Assembly: GCA_013239625.1 (NCBI GenBank)
Contig: MU057202.1
Coordinates: 2,865,101-2,929,100, forward strand
Length of the DNA: 64,000 nucleotides
From: Lama guanicoe
Lineage: Eukaryota
Reading direction: 5' to 3'
Shown: positions 49,971-64,000 of the stretch, in pieces
Layout of the letters: each line of letters starts with the position of its first letter
Numbering within the stretch: the stretch's first letter is position 1
Translations under genes and position numbers: made by a program
Notes under the pieces: generated by a model
Database searches by the model: none
What the model was told of the DNA's origin: nothing
What the model saw: the letters and a program-made list of their open reading frames with translations, nothing else

Positions 49971-51083
49971 CGAGTTTAACACAGTTGGGGCAGGAAGTGG
50001 AGACGGGGAGGTCGGTAACTGCACTGGAGTCACAGAGGGCTTCAGCCGCCCCGGCTGTGCTCCTCACTGCTGACTTCCAGCGTCTTGGGCGATCTGCACG
50101 GTTTATTTTGGGAAAATCTACATGGAAAGGAAATGTCAGAGGCAGCTCTGCAGAAGTTCAGTTGGCATCAGCAAATCACCTTCAGATGAGGGTGCGTCTG
50201 GCCATCCTCACTGCTGTTCTTTGGAAGAAAAGCCTCAGCGTCTCCTTATAGGAATTGGGTTTGGGTATTTTTCGGGTGTAGAAGTTGCAAGACTAGTATA
50301 AAGAATTAGGGTGGAGTCTTCTCCCAGGATCTCAGACGCTAATATTTTATTTGCTTTATTTTTTATTTTCTCTGCAACTCTCTGTGTGTGTATATATATT
50401 TTTTCTATTTTTTTCCTGAACAATTTAAGATATGATGTCCCTTTATCCTTACTCAGGTGGCTGTTTCCTACAAATAAAAATATTCTCTTATATAACCATA
50501 GTACAGTTTTCAAAATTAGGAATTTATCATTGATGCAGCTCTGTTATGTAAGCAACAGATCTGATTCAGACTATGCTAATTATCCCAGTAACGCTCTTTT
50601 TTAGCAAAAGAAAAATAGACTCATTTATGAGTTTTGGATATATTTTTCCCCAAGAATATTTGCCCTTACCCACATTATCATAAATTAGGCACCATATGCC
50701 TTACGAACTACAAGTTTAGTAACATCAAAAGTCTGCAAATTTATTGTTGACAAAAATCACTCTGAATAACCTTGTCCTTCTGCTGTTCTGTTTGGGAGAG
50801 GAATGGGAAGGACTGTTTTGGTAAGGTTAGGAGGCAGGGCTCCTGGTGGTTTTTAACGTGTCCCCAGATCATCGATTGCACGTGTAAATGCAGTGAGAGT
50901 GTAACGTGCTAGAATCGTGGGTCAGCGATGAATATGACCTTGCGTGGTGTCATCTGCTAGATTTAGGAAAAGTCACATCATCTGAGGTCACTCTCCAGTG
51001 TACATCATCCTATTGGGCGGGGTAAGGGTTGTTTTCTAGGGGCTTTTGCTGTTCAGTGCTGGACCCGTTTTTTTATCAAAGTT

Positions 51084-51290
51084 CAGTTGGCCCTTGGACA
51101 GCGTGGGGGTCAGGGGTGCCGGCCCTCCACGTCGAGAATCTGAGTCTCACTTGTAGTTGGCCCTCTGTGTCTGGCGTCCTCGGAGCCAGCCACCCGCAGG
51201 TCGTGCAGTACTGTGGTGGTTACTGTTGGAGGAACTCTGCATGGAAGTGGACCCGTGCAGTTCAAACCTGTGTTGTTCCAGAATCGACTT
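51084..51290. mobile_element. TcMar-Tigger (MER8/Tigger2-derived) non-autonomous element
   Basis: Degenerate inverted termini CAGTTGGCCCTTGGACAGC ... TGTTGTTCCAGAATCGACT, with internal GTGGACCCGTGCAGTTCAAACCTGTGTTGTTC. Confidence 0.65.
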
Positions 51291-53929
51291 CAGTCTAAAT
51301 ATTTGCAGTTACTGCATTTAAATTGGTCTAACCGGAAAGTTGGTATTGGACTAAGGTGAAAAAAAACCCCATTTCTGAAAGGCATATAAGTTAATCTGTA
51401 AGTCCTGTTTCTTTAGTCAAAATAAATTTTCGTTAGTGTAGCATGTAGATTTTCTTGAATCTTAAAAGTAAGTTTCGTTTGGAAATGGAACAGATCCCCT
51501 CCAGACCAGGCTTCTCGGGACTCGACTGTGTGGCCAGGGGTGAGGAGGGAGCTGGGCCTGAGGCCCCAGCTGCCGTGTCCTGGCTGGTTGGCTTTGGGGC
51601 AGATGTTCAGGGTTTCCTCCAAGAAAAGGGCAGCCACAGCCCTGCCTCCCGGCTTGGTGTGTGGGGTTCACTGAGCCTCTGTGACGCCCTTGGCACAGCG
51701 TCCTTAGTGCATGGGCCTCCTGCACGGCTTGGCCCATTTGCAGCCCAGACTCAGAGTCCTCGTCACATTTCACACAGGCTTCCGGGTGCTTGAGCAGTAG
51801 GAGGAAGGCATTCTGGTTTGATTAAGGCATTTGACAATGCCTGCGGCCTCTAAAAGGCTGAAGTACCGTTTCTAGATGCTGCACATGGGCATTCGTTTGC
51901 CTGCACCTTCGTCAGTCTTAAGTTTGACCCAGTGGTTCTGGGGTTTCAAGTGCAGTTTCTAACCTCTTGGGTGTTGCTTTCCACGACTAAGTTTTGATTA
52001 CGTGCTGAGAATTATGATCTTGAGAAAACCGGTGCCAAAACACTGTGTCTAGTACCAGGACGGTGAGCGTGGCTCCTTGGTCCCCGGGATGATGGTATGG
52101 GCTGTGTTTGCCACCATGGAGTCATGCAGAGGCCACACGTGTGTGGGTCAGCCAGCATCTGCAGCTCGACCTTGGCGGACTCCTTGCGCTTTTGTCTCTT
52201 CTGCTCTAGGTCACATTCCTTGCTTCTCCCTGGTTATCGGCCCTGCCTCGGGGGGCCGTGCTAGCCTGACATCAGTTGTGAGGGTCAGAAAGCTCTGCTG
52301 TGGTCCCTGCACCTGCCGCCCGTCCTCGTTACTTGTTTAATGACTGCTCAGGTTGGGAGTTCATCTTCTAAGTTGCCCAGCGTGGATGACAGTTTCCCTG
52401 AACATTTTGACACATGCTAGTTGTGTCTGCTTTCTGTGAAATTTTGAGGTGGAAGAAGAAGATTAGGACACTGGCATCCTTACCCCTGGACAGCTGACCA
52501 CCCTCCTCCCTGAGCTTTGCAGGATGCGGGGAAAGACGGGAGGGGCAGATGAATGATGGAAGGGTTTCAGTTTCGGGGGTGGGGAGCTGAAGGGTGGAGG
52601 TGTGCGCGCCTGCTCTCCAGGCAGAAGGGAGCACGTGGTGCTGGCGACAGTGGGGTTAGTTAGACCTGACACAGTGAGTTACTGTGGGAGGGGCCCTGCT
52701 CCCCGCCCCACCCCAGCTCTTCCCTGCTCTCCCTCCGTCTCAGTTCCCGTAATAAATATCCGTGATGCACGTTTCAGATCAGGGAGGTGTTCAGGGCTGG
52801 GCCCATCTCTGTGAAATGGGGACACACCTACATCCAGGCTTGTGGAGATTAAGTGTGATGATGCTTGATACCGTGTTTAGGATGCAGTGAACTGCGGCTC
52901 CTGTAATCACCATTCTTACCATCAGCTTCACCCGCCAGCTCCTGTGTGTTTTCCTGCTGGTTGATGTATGTGGTGCTGACTTAACCATAGACATTTGCAC
53001 GTAGTCAGAATTTTGTCTGTGATAAACTTGCATCACAGAATCTTTACATTTTCAAACTGGCCAGGAGCTTAGAGGTGTTTTAAATAGTACAACTTGCTAA
53101 TTAACACTTGGCCACCGTTGTAAAGTGTACACTTGTTCTAAACGCAAAAGCCCGTGGTAACTGTGTGTCCTCGTGAGGGCTCCTCCGGGCCGAGCTCCGC
53201 GGGGCCGACGCGCCGTCACCGCTGATCCCAGTAGGTTGAAGGCAGCCTCTTGTTCTCACAGGGGAGTGACTTTTCTCCTGCACTTTTTACTGTAAATTGT
53301 GGTAGATTCTGTTACTCTGTGCTGTTGTAATTTTGGCAGATTATTTGTCGTTCCGTGATATTTTATTGAGAATTTTAAATTCTAGTAGATAGTTTTAGAC
53401 AATTTGTAGTGTTGAGTTTGAATTCTCATAATCCTAGGGCCAGCATTTCTTACATGAACATATGTCAGTGGGAAAATGACTTTAAAATTTTTAAATTTTA
53501 CCTTTAGTTCAGTATCTGAGTATGTTGTATCATGCCTCTTTGAAACACAGCTTTTTTCTGTAGCGGTGAAAAAAATTTACCTCTGTCATCTAATTCATCT
53601 TCACGTCTCTGAATGTTTTCCATTTTACCTGTAAAAAACAGAGGAACAAGAGAAGTGAGAGTGTAGAAGAGAGCATCCCCTGAGTCTCCAAATGTTTAAT
53701 TTTTATTTGACTTTTTTTTTGAAGTGAAAAAATGATTTGAACCAACATCTCCACTATCCCTGTGGCTGGGTGACTCGAAGCCCTGGTTCAGGAGTGTCTG
53801 TGCTTGCGGAGCGTGTGAACCTCAAGGTCGCTCCTTTGTGGGCTTGGCCAGCGTTGTGGGCGGCTCTCGTGTGCCCAGCAGGGCGCTTGCTGTGGTGATG
53901 ATTCCATGCACAGGGTGAGGGTTCTTACA

Positions 53930-54125
53930 CTAGAGTGCAGCCCCAGAGCAGCCCCAGCCAATGTGCAGACAGCTGGCTGTGGCTGTGTTCCAATAAGACT
54001 TTATTTGTGAACACTGAAATTTGAGTTTCGTGTAATTTCAAATCAGGACAAATTGTTCCTCTTTCGATCTGGTTCCCAGGCTGTGCGGGTAGGGGGCCGG
54101 ATTTGGCCCATGACCCTTGGCCTAG
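53930..54125. mobile_element. hAT-Charlie (MER58B-like) remnant
   Basis: TGTGGCTGTGTTCCAATAAGACTTTATTTGTGAACACTGAAATTTGAGTTTCGTGTAATTTCA...GGGCCGGATTTGGCCCA. Confidence 0.65.
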
Positions 54126-57100
54126 AAGGCATTTGTGGAGTAAGTGAATAAAATGAGGTAACACATGGGCAGCAGGGTGGAGCTGAACTGGGTAGAGTCA
54201 AAATGTGATGCCGTGGGTGATCCTTCTGGAAGGATCAGTCTGGAACTTACCCGCAGCGTGGATGAAAGGAGATTGGCCTCCCGCCTCCCCATGTGTGGGG
54301 GACAGATGGGTGAACTCCACCCGAGAGTGTGTCACAGAGAGATGACGCCTGCTGTCAGGGGCTGGGGGCAGGGCTGTGGATGACACACAGCCCCGGAGCA
54401 GGGGGAGGGAGGAAGGAGGAGTAGGGGGGAAGCTGGTTGGAATCAGCAGGCAGGCGGGACCCCCTTGGTCTGGTGAGGGCTGGATGCTGGGGTAGCAGCG
54501 GAGAGCTAAGAGGAGAGTTGCAGGGTCTTTCTCAGAGGGGCTGGGGCTTGGTGGGAGCTCCTTGAGCGATCTGGGGAAGAAAGGCAGCAGGGACTCGAGC
54601 AGAGGCTTCTGGAGTGGGAATGGGCTTCACTGTCAGGTGGCCATAGTGTGGGAAATACTGGACCAGAGAAAGCATGGGTGAGGGGTTCAGGCAGCAGATG
54701 GAGACTTGGGGGCATGGGTGTCACTCCCTCTAATGGGAGTGCATGCCGGCCCTGCGCCCCTGGGAAGTGTGCTTCCGTGGACGCTGCCTACCCGGGCGCT
54801 GCGTGGAGGAGCCCAGCTCTGGTGGGGCCAGGGGTGAAGGCAGAGCTTTCAAAGGAGAGCACGGCCCTGGGTAGGGGAGGAAGGCCCGAGGGGCTGCGCG
54901 AGAGGCATCGTGGAAGGGAAAGCTGGCTCCTGTCTGGCCCCGGGGAAGTGGCCAGTGTGATGAGTTTGGAAACCGGAGTTCTGTGGCGCTCTGAAGGGTG
55001 TGGGAGGAGATGGTGTTCCGGGGGGCATGGGGAGGCTTCCAGGTGTGCTGCAGGGGTTTGGCTTGTGGAGGGGCGGCGGCTGGTGGGCAGCGTGTACTCT
55101 GTGTGACAAACAGGAGGTATGTGGAGACCACTTGTGCTGTTTTGGAGCTGGCAGTTTGCCTCGAGCACGGACCGCTCTGCAGTTGCTTGAGTTGCTAGCT
55201 AGCTGCTTTTTCATGGACCACCGTAAAGGAGTGACTGACGAAGTACCAGTATTTCTTCCTCAGTGGACAGAGTTAGCCGGTCGCTTCACGGAAGTCAGCT
55301 GACACTACTGCCAGTGGTTGAGTGTGAACTTCCGAATGAAACTGGAAGTTCAGGAAGCGGGTATCTGCCCCCGGGCCTGGCAGCTTCCTGACGCCTCAGG
55401 CTTTCTCTGACGAGACCAGTGCTGGCGTTGCGAGTCCAGGTGGTTCTGCTCTGCGCGACGGGCTGGTGCGCTGGGAGACGAGCTTTCGGGGCAGGACGAG
55501 TGACTGTCCGGAGAGCCAGCCGACCAGGAGATGGGGGCTGGAGTCCCGGAGTGCTGTCTTCCCCAAGTCAGAGCTCAGGTCCCCTTTACCTAAAAGGAGG
55601 GGCGTCGCTGGCTGTTGCAGACCTGCTGGTGTTGGAATCCTCCGTCCTTGCACCGGTCCCCGTAGGTCAGGTCAGGATATTCCTGGAAACCTCCAGCAAG
55701 AGGAAGGGTTTTCTCTGTTCTGCAGCTGTTTATCTCTGTGTGGATGGGAAGGTGTTCTCCCCTTAAAGGTCTGCGCCCTGAGATCGGGCTCTCCTGGGTA
55801 TTTCAGGCCCCAGGCAGCACTCCTTTACAAAAGGTGCAGAGCCAGCAAGACCAAGCCCAGGAAACAGAGCCCAGGGTTGGAGCCAAAGGGGCAGACCCGA
55901 CATGGGGTATGTAGTAGAGGCGATGCGCTAGATAAACTAATAGGCCTTGGAAAGGTCTGCACATCTCGCTGAGCCAGCGTTCCCCAGATGACCACGTCAG
56001 ACCTGCACAGAAGGTCCGTTTAAAGTGCGACACAGACCGAAGGACTGTAGAGTGAAAGCGCGCGGGAGGCTCACCGATGGGGTTCTAGGTGCCACGGTGC
56101 GGCCCACCCTGGGGAGAGGGGAGCTGCTGCTGAGCTGTGGCGCCCTGTTGCAGTGTGCCGGGCTGGGCGTGGCGGCGGCAGACGGGAGAGCCCTGCTGCT
56201 GCCCGTGAGACTGACGGGAAGGCGCTTGTCGGGCGCAGAGCCGTGCCTCCCTCCTCGCCGTTGTTTTGGAATCTGTAGTTATTTTTCGTAAAGAAAAAGC
56301 TTTGTATGTTAATATGTAATGTAGTGCCTGTCGTGGTTTTTAAGTGAATAAAGAAGTATTCACACACTTTCTGCCCTGATTTCAGAGACGTTGACTGTTG
56401 GCAGATGCCCGGGCACGAGCCCGAGCTCGTGCACTTGCACGTGGTGAGGGGGGCTGGGACGGCAGCTCCGTCCCGCTGCCTCTCCCTGCTGCACGGGCAT
56501 GTGTATTTGAGGAGGGGGGAATATTTTGGAAGACGTGAATAAAAGTGGCCAATTTAATCCAACATGTTACCCGTAGGGGGAGGGGCCTGCCATCTGAGGC
56601 TGGGTTGGCCCTCTTCTCATTTCAAACATAAGCATTTTTAGGGAAGAAACAGTGTGGCCTGAGCTTCCCTAAGAACCAGTGCTTCTTGCTGTTTCCTGGT
56701 TTACCCGGTGCCTGACTGGTCGTTTATGGCCACGTTCCCCCCACCCCCGCCCCACGCTGACTGGGAGGCCCTGTGGGCTGAGTCGTTTCCACGTGTCTCA
56801 GTTTAAGAAAGATTGATTTCTTTGCTCACATCATACTGGCTTTTAATTATTTTATTACTGCATTTCTACCCAAAAGGATCTGAGCAAATGGAACGACCTT
56901 AGTTTCCTTGGAGGTGCTGTCTTTCTGGAGGTGCAGGTTTTCACCTGGCACCACTTGGCCACCTCCCGGCGGGGGTGGAGACTGCTCTGAGTTCTACGGC
57001 CTGTGGACTTGGCCTTCCTGCTCAGGCGGCCCTCGACCCTCCGACTGGTCGGTGCCAGGGGCAGGGGCGCGTCGGGGTCGGGATCTGGGGGGCGGGGACT

Positions 57101-60100
57101 GCGGCCCTTCAGACCAGTCACTGTGTGCAGATGTGACGGTGGGGAGATCGTTCCAGCAGGGCTGAGTCGGGTCACTGCCCGGGAGTCCACCCGCGGCTCT
57201 GTGCTGCCTCCCGCCTCCCGCCTCCTGGGGAATTGCCTTGGCCAAGCCAGGCTCAGCATGGGCGCTTTGTTCAAGGGCTGGTGGAGGAAACAGCTCCGTG
57301 AAGTGTGCTTGCCCCAAGAAGACGGACGGAAGGAAACCCCACGTTGTGCTGTCCCTAATGAGATGACCCATGTGGCGGCGCCCAGTGCAGCTCGGGGCTT
57401 TGCTTGGTGATTCTTTCTTGCTGCCTTTCTTCACGTTACGAGTGTTGGTGGCCTGTACCATTTGCATTTCTCACCCTTACTGCTGACGCTCAGCTGTGTG
57501 CTCCTTACAGTGGCTTTTCTCTTTTACAGGTTTAATGGGTTTGTGGTTTTATTTTATGGGTGTCCAAAATATTTAAAAAGCAGCAAAGTGAAAAGTAAAG
57601 TGCAGTTCTGTGTTTCCACTGACGAACACCTACTTGCGTCCGCTGCTGACGACCCACCAGCAGCTCGTGTTTTCAGCCTTAAGCCCAGTGCATCGCTTGC
57701 ATGCAGTTCACAGCCAGTAACGAGGCAGGTTTGTGCCTTCATCACGGTGCAGTCCTTGTGAAATCAGTAGACACAGAGCGCTCCGCAGGCCCCAGTGCTC
57801 ACAGCCTGCCCTGCGTCGGGGGTGCCTCCCGCGGGCTCGCCCATGTGCACGTGCGTCGTGTGCCAGGCCCCGCGCCGGGCAGGGAGCAAGGTGGGGACAG
57901 CTCTGCCCAGTGGAGCTTGTCTGCCGGCAGGGAGCCTGACGCTGAGCGGGAGCTGTGAGTTAGACGCGCCGGCTTTGCGGTAAAGCAGGAGAGGGCAGCA
58001 GGGGGCAGGTGCTGGTGTGGGTGGGAGTGGGTGGAGTTCAGGGGCTCTGGAGATGGTGGGGCAGAGGCAGTAGGGGGGCGGGGCAGGCGGACATCAGAGG
58101 GTAGAGGCTGAGCTGGTGCGGAGAGCACCTGGCAGGCACTGGGGAGCTGGGCGAGTGCCTCAAGTGGGCAGGAAACCCCTCCTGGGCCTCGAGCCGACAG
58201 GGACACCAGAGTGGGCTTTAACGCTGTCCCCGCAGCCTTTAAACTAGGCATCGGCGATCAGTCTGGGGCAAAGGCAGAGCATGGAGACCCAGGTGGGGCC
58301 AGCGCATGGATCCAGAGTGAGTGTAGCAAGAGCTGCTGCCCGTAGGCTGGACGGGAGAGAGGAGCCCCAGCCGGAAGGTTCTGGCCCAAGTACCTGAGCA
58401 CCTGAGGTGGGGTGTCCGGGGGTGCAGGCCGGCTGTGGAGCGGGACGCTTCCATGTGGGCATGGTCACATTGAGACAAGACACCCAGGGCAGGGGGCCCG
58501 GAGCCCATTTGTCCCACGGATCTGGAGTTCCCGGGAGGGATCGGAGGTAAAGGCAGTCAGCAGGCAGATGGTCTTTAAGAGCGAATGAGAAGGGGTCCAG
58601 CGCAAGGCCAGGGCAGTCCCTGTTGGGGGGATGGCGTGAACCTCCAGAGGTGGGTGACGCCAGGGCAGTGGAGTTAGGCCCTGGAGGTGCGGGGGCAGGG
58701 CAGTGTGCAGAGGTGGCCTCATCCCGGTGGAGACACCTGGCCCACCTGGCCGGGGGCAGTCTTGTGGCGGGAAGTGGGGTGTGATTGGGCTGGGTGCTGG
58801 AGGGAATGTGAGGAGGGGGGACAGCACCAGGGGAGGGAGGGAGGAGCTGCGGGACGTCCCCGGGGTGCCCTGGGGCCTGGTGTTGGGGGCCTGAGGGGAG
58901 CTGCTGGGGTGGAGGCCGCTGACCACAAGAGGAGGTAGGGCTGGAGTGTTGGGGGAGGAGGGGCTGAGCCAGTGGTCCAGGGGACCAGCGGCCACAGGGC
59001 AGGGAGGGGCGTTGAAGAAGGCTGCCTCGTTTTTGTCGAGACTTGACGTAGCTGGCCTCCTCCGTGTCCCTGCTGCTGGTTCAGAAAGTTTCACAGGTGA
59101 CAGGTAATTAACGTGCTTACAGAAAACTCAGCAATCCAGCGGATAACGGACGGAGGTTGGCTTGTGTTGTCGGTCCTCCTTCCTGCGGGGTCCCCTTGGT
59201 TCAGGATGCACCATGGCAGACGGTCCTCTGCGCGTTTACACACAGACACGTGGCCGCATGCATACACAGTTCTCCCTTTGTATTCCTTCCTATTAGTCTT
59301 ACGTTCGGGGACATTTCCCTTTTGGTTCGTGTCATCAAGCCAGTCTGGTTCACGTGTGTGATGGTGGTGTTTCTGTCTGGCGGTGCTGTCACCAACTTCC
59401 CATCCCCAGAGACCGAGCACGCTCTTGCTGGTTTGGGTTGGGGGACTCCTGTTCCCCGTGCACCCTGGAAGGCGCGCTCCTCACGAGCCACTGGAGACGT
59501 TATTGAACATGAATCATTACAGTCCAGCTGCTTTATGATGCTAAGACTGGACCGTCTCCAGGACTTCTGAGAAATGGCAAATTTAATTTGCCAAAATGGC
59601 AACCACATGCATCGGTCTGTTCCAGTTTCTTGGGCCTGTTGCCCTAGCTTCTTCTATTCAAACCTTCACTGTTAGCAGAATTTTAAATGACTCTATCCTG
59701 GCAAGTAGAATCACGCTGAGTGAACAGCTCGGGTATGTGTGGTGTCCTCATGTGGAAGAGGGTAGGGTTCAGGACTTCATGGTGAGCTTGGAGTGTTTTC
59801 TTAAGCCACTTGCAGAGCTTCTAGAAACCAGGAAATAGCTTGACTGGGCACTTGAAAACTTTCCACTGGCTTGTTGTGAGAGACGTGTGTGTGACCTGGG
59901 ACCTGGGACCTGCGGACCCAGGGCCATCATGGATGGGCCTCAGGGCGTGTCCCATGGGCCCGCAGATAACAGGACCCGTTGTGTGTAAAGCAGGCCGATG
60001 GTGTTTTCCTTTGGCGTAGGAAGTCGGAGGCGGGCAGTCTGGGGATGTGCGGAGCCCCGTAGCCAGCCATGAGGGCCCCGGGCTGCTTCCTTGTCCTAGC

Positions 60101-63100
60101 CCCTCTGTCCATCCTCTTCCCTGGAGGCCGGCACAGGAGGGCCGGGAAGAGCAAGTGCCCGGAGCTGCCCGCGTCGCGTCTGTGCTCACGCCCCATTGGC
60201 TAGTGAACCGGTCACAGGGTGGCAGCTGCAGGAGAGGCAGGCTGGTGGCCACGTGCCCTGGGCCTCAGGGCAGCAGGTACTGAGGTGGCCAGCCAGCAGT
60301 CTCTGGTGATTATGAAGTCTGAAGCTTGGCAGAATTTTGTCTGTCTGTGCTTTTTTTCCTGGGAAAATAACTGTAATTTTAAAAAGAATTAGGTTCTGAA
60401 GGCAGTGTGTGACCCTACGACGCTTTAAATCCATCAGTTCGAAGACAGGTTGGGCATGGTGTCATCTGACTGAGGACCACCGCCTTCGCTATGCAGTTCA
60501 GTGTTTCCCTTAATAGTCTTTGCTTTGGTTTTTAGTTTGGAAAAAAGATCAAGTTTTTGGCATGAGTGGCTTTGATTTTCATACTGACCATGGTTAATCT
60601 GCTTAGAGGTCATGCTCAGAGGATACACACTGAGTGTGGCCCCCTCTAGGCCGGGCAGGCCCTCCTCCCTCTGTGTTCACATGGGTCCCGCCAGCCCCCG
60701 AGTCCTGGCGCCGTTGCAGAAGCTGACCTGGCCCCAGGGCTCGGAGCGGAGTCCTGTACCTGAGGGAGTTTGGGATTGAGAATTTCCCCTCAGTTTATGC
60801 CTAAATATTTAGTTGTCTGACTGTTTTTAAATAGTGTGGTTTTTTTTTGAAGAGGTGATACACACATGTGATAAAAAATACAAATACAGTTTCCCTTCAT
60901 CCTTATGTCCCAGGGATAGTCTGTACACATGTAGCATATTTCTTTAAAAAAAAAAGTGCTCTGAACATGTCCTGCCCCTTTTATGTCCACGTGGTGCTGC
61001 GTCTCAGGAACTGTCCTGCGGGGAGCTCGGCCCGCGCTCTTGGGCCGTTGTTGGTCTCCTGTCCTGCTGCACCAGACTTGGTTCTTTAAACATTTAGGTT
61101 GCATCCATTCTTTGCTGCTGACAGCAGTGCCAGTGGTTTTTAGATCTTTGCACAAACAGGTGACTCTGTGCCGGGAGGGCTCCTCAGAGGGCAGCAGCGG
61201 GTCCATGCCTGTTGCCTGTTGCTCTTCAGTGTTAAGCTCCTGCCAGAAGTGCAGGGAGCTGCCCCGTCCTCACTCTCTTCCCGCCTGTCACACCAAGCAT
61301 CTTGCTGAAATTTGCGTTTAAAGAATTCCGTGAGAGGTTGAGTCTCCTCATGTTTAAAAGCTTTCAAAGCTTTGTGACTTCTTCCCCCTATGAATTCACG
61401 CTCATTTCCTGTGCTCGTTTTTTAGTTAGGTTTATTAGTCTTTTTTCTGTTCCTGTGAGAGAAGGAAATGAGCTCTTTGGTGAATGTGTAGCAAGTATTT
61501 TCCAGTTGGTTTGAATTTTGCCTTAAGAACTCTTTTTACTTAGTGTAACACAAACAGAGAGAATTGTAGTTTTGCTTGTTTGTGGTGGTGGTTGCCGAAG
61601 TCCCCCTTGATGCATGGTCACCCCCTTCTGATGCCCCCCCAACACCCGCATGTAATTTATGTGTTGAGTAAATGGGTTCCCTTGACTGTAGACTTTCCGC
61701 TAGTCTGGATTTTGATTTTTCTATGTGCATTTCAGGACGTCCCCCGACCCCTGTATTTCTTGAAAGTCAACAGTATTAGAATTCTGGGGACTTGATGGTC
61801 TGTGGTGTTTCTGTTTGCCGGTGTGTGTTGGGGTGGCACGCTGGCCTTGGGCAGTGTTAGATGGGGCAGCACGTTTGGTTCTGTTCTGGTTGGAGTGTTG
61901 AATGGCAGGACAAATGCTCGATTTTCTTTTAATACCCCTTTTAAAAAATTAAAGACGGTTCCCTGGCACCCTCTAAGGGTGGTTTTTTTTGGAAAGCGTC
62001 GTGAACTCATGAGCTTGAAAATACTTGTTTCAGTCCATTGGCCTCGTTACCCTTGCTGGCGGGCACTGTGCTCATCTTTGGCCGGGAGGGCCGTCTTGGA
62101 GCTGGCCCCTGAGCCCTTGTGAGACAAGCATGATGTCTTTGGTCGCTTCCTCCCACCTGGCGTGACAAGGTGTTCCAGGTTTCTCCTGCGTAGTCCTTGC
62201 CTCCGACCTGGAATCAGCCGTTTCTCCAGGAGGCCCTGATGGTGTTGCTGAGAGCCGGGCCCCAGCTCCACGGCCTGGGCAGTAAGGGTGCGGGGCTGCT
62301 GGGTTCGCACACCGTTCCTCCCTCCAACTCAGACACACAGTTGAAATCCACGCCCAACGACCTCTCCTGCCTGCGCTCGGGTCTGCCTGTCCTTGTCCCG
62401 CTTCTCAAGGACACCAGGAATGCATTCCAACACCACCACTCAGTGTGGTTACTGCAAACTGGTAACGTTTGTTTTGTGTGTGTTCACCCAGTTCTTCTCC
62501 CCATTTTTAAGCAGGTAAATTGTGTCTCCGTGATCAGATCATGTAGCCATTGCAAACTGGACCTTCTCATTTGGTCTCAGTCCTGCACGTGAATGCAGAC
62601 TGCTCACCACTAACCAGTTAGTGTGTTGTCTCCTCCAGTGGTTCTGCTTTTCTGAGTCTTGTTTTCCAGTGGTTTCTTCAGGAAGCGTTTGTGGGAACAC
62701 TGTTCTCTGAGGGCTGTGTGTTGGTACAAGTTGCTGCCTCTGTCCTGGAAGCTCACTTCGTCTGGGCACTAAGGCTCACGCTTCTTCCCTTGAGTGTCTT
62801 GTGTGTGCTGACCCCTCTTCTGCTGTAGTTTGACGATCTGCCCCCCCGCCCCCATTTTAAGTCACCGGGTACTTTTGTCTAGATGTCTCAAATTGTTTTT
62901 CTTTCTTCTTTAAACAGTGTTTTTTATTAGACTGTGTCTTAGTATTGGTTGTTCTGCTGCCCACCCCCCGCCAGATTTGTGGTGTCTTTTTCGTGGCAGC
63001 TTCAAGGGTTTCTACACCCCCTCCCCGCCTTGGCTTCGGAAGCGTTTTCTTGGATGTGACGTCACCCCCGCGTCTCACCGTGTGACTTGGTTTCCTTTCG

Positions 63101-64000
63101 TCAGGCCCTGCTGAACAGATGTCGGGCCCTCTGCCTGTCAGTGTGCTCCTTTCTTGAAATCTTTTCTTTCATTTCTTTTTCATTCTTAATTGTTTCCTCC
63201 TTTCTTCCCTTTGTTTTTCTTCAGGCTTAAGTGTGTTTATTTGCTCTTGGATTCCTGCCAGTTTAGCCTTCATTTCCAGAATTGCTTCGCCTTTGTTTCC
63301 AGTCTTTTCTGAGTTCTGTCCCCTCACTTCTGAGTGTCTTCAGTGCTGGCTCATGGTTAGTGGTGTGCTGTGTCATTTCTTTCCTGCGTTTTAGTGTGTT
63401 CTGAGCTACTAGGGCAGCAGTTTCGTCTCTTGGAGGGACATGTCTCCCTAGCGTGCTTTCCCCGACTGCAGTCATGCCGCTTTGCTTCTGTTTGCTTTTA
63501 AAATACATTATCTCTGCATGAGGTTTGACCTCAGTATTTTCTGTCAGTGCATTTTCTCTGGAATTCACTTTCCAGAACATTTGGAAGGGAAGCTTGATTT
63601 GGAATAGCTCTAATTTCCGTGTTCTTGAGCTCTATTTTCTGTTGTTTGGGGGAAGTTATAAAGAACGCGGCCGCTGTTTTCTGCACTCTCCCGGCTGTTT
63701 GCCTTCCCTGCCACACTGTCTTCTAGGCTGGTCCCTTTTCAGTGTGTGTGGCCCCGGAGGGTGCCCAGGCCTGCGGCCCCTGCAGGCGGCCCCACGTCTG
63801 TCTGCCCTTGGGTTGCTACAGCCTCATCCTCCTGTTGACCTGCGGCTTTTCCGCCTCACTTCCTCCCGGAGCCCCTCATGGCTGGCAGTGTGCTGCCTGC
63901 GTGCTGGCGTGTCAGGTTCTTGCGGAGTCCTGACCGCACCACCTGTTACCCGTCACCCGGTTGTGCTGCCCTGGTTGTCCCGTGTGTTCCTGCAGGGACA

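Noticed and set aside
62130-62140. ATGATGTC, resembling the BANP start (Met-Met-Ser)
   Set aside because: Downstream codons do not match the BANP N-terminus as I recall it; the first coding exon appears to lie beyond the window.

Overview
Mammalian genomic DNA, GC-rich, with two assembly gaps. It covers the conserved SLC7A5 - CA5A - BANP block. (1) SLC7A5 (LAT1): coding exon 1 (209-749, minus strand) and its CpG-island/TATA promoter. (2) CA5A (mitochondrial carbonic anhydrase VA): complete and intact, 7 exons on the minus strand (36554 to 14894), 933 nt CDS, 310 aa, all GT-AG junctions and zinc ligands present. (3) A CpG-island promoter at about 42.85-44.3 kb with a ZNF143 motif cluster, assigned to BANP by synteny; its first exon probably lies in the N gap, and about 20 kb of presumed intron 1 follows. 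Two tRNA-Ala-derived SINEs of the Vic-1 type point to a camelid genome. The rest is ancient L1, L2, MIR, MaLR/ERVL LTR and MER DNA-transposon remnants. Nearly all entries in the six-frame ORF track are spurious GC-rich frames. I found no new protein-coding system. The best leads are regulatory: an ATF4-element/E-box composite inside CA5A intron 3, an ATF4+CTCF element upstream of SLC7A5, loss of the LAT1 N-tail lysines, and a possibly displaced CA5A poly(A) site. Repeat family names and boundaries are by-eye recognition and approximate.
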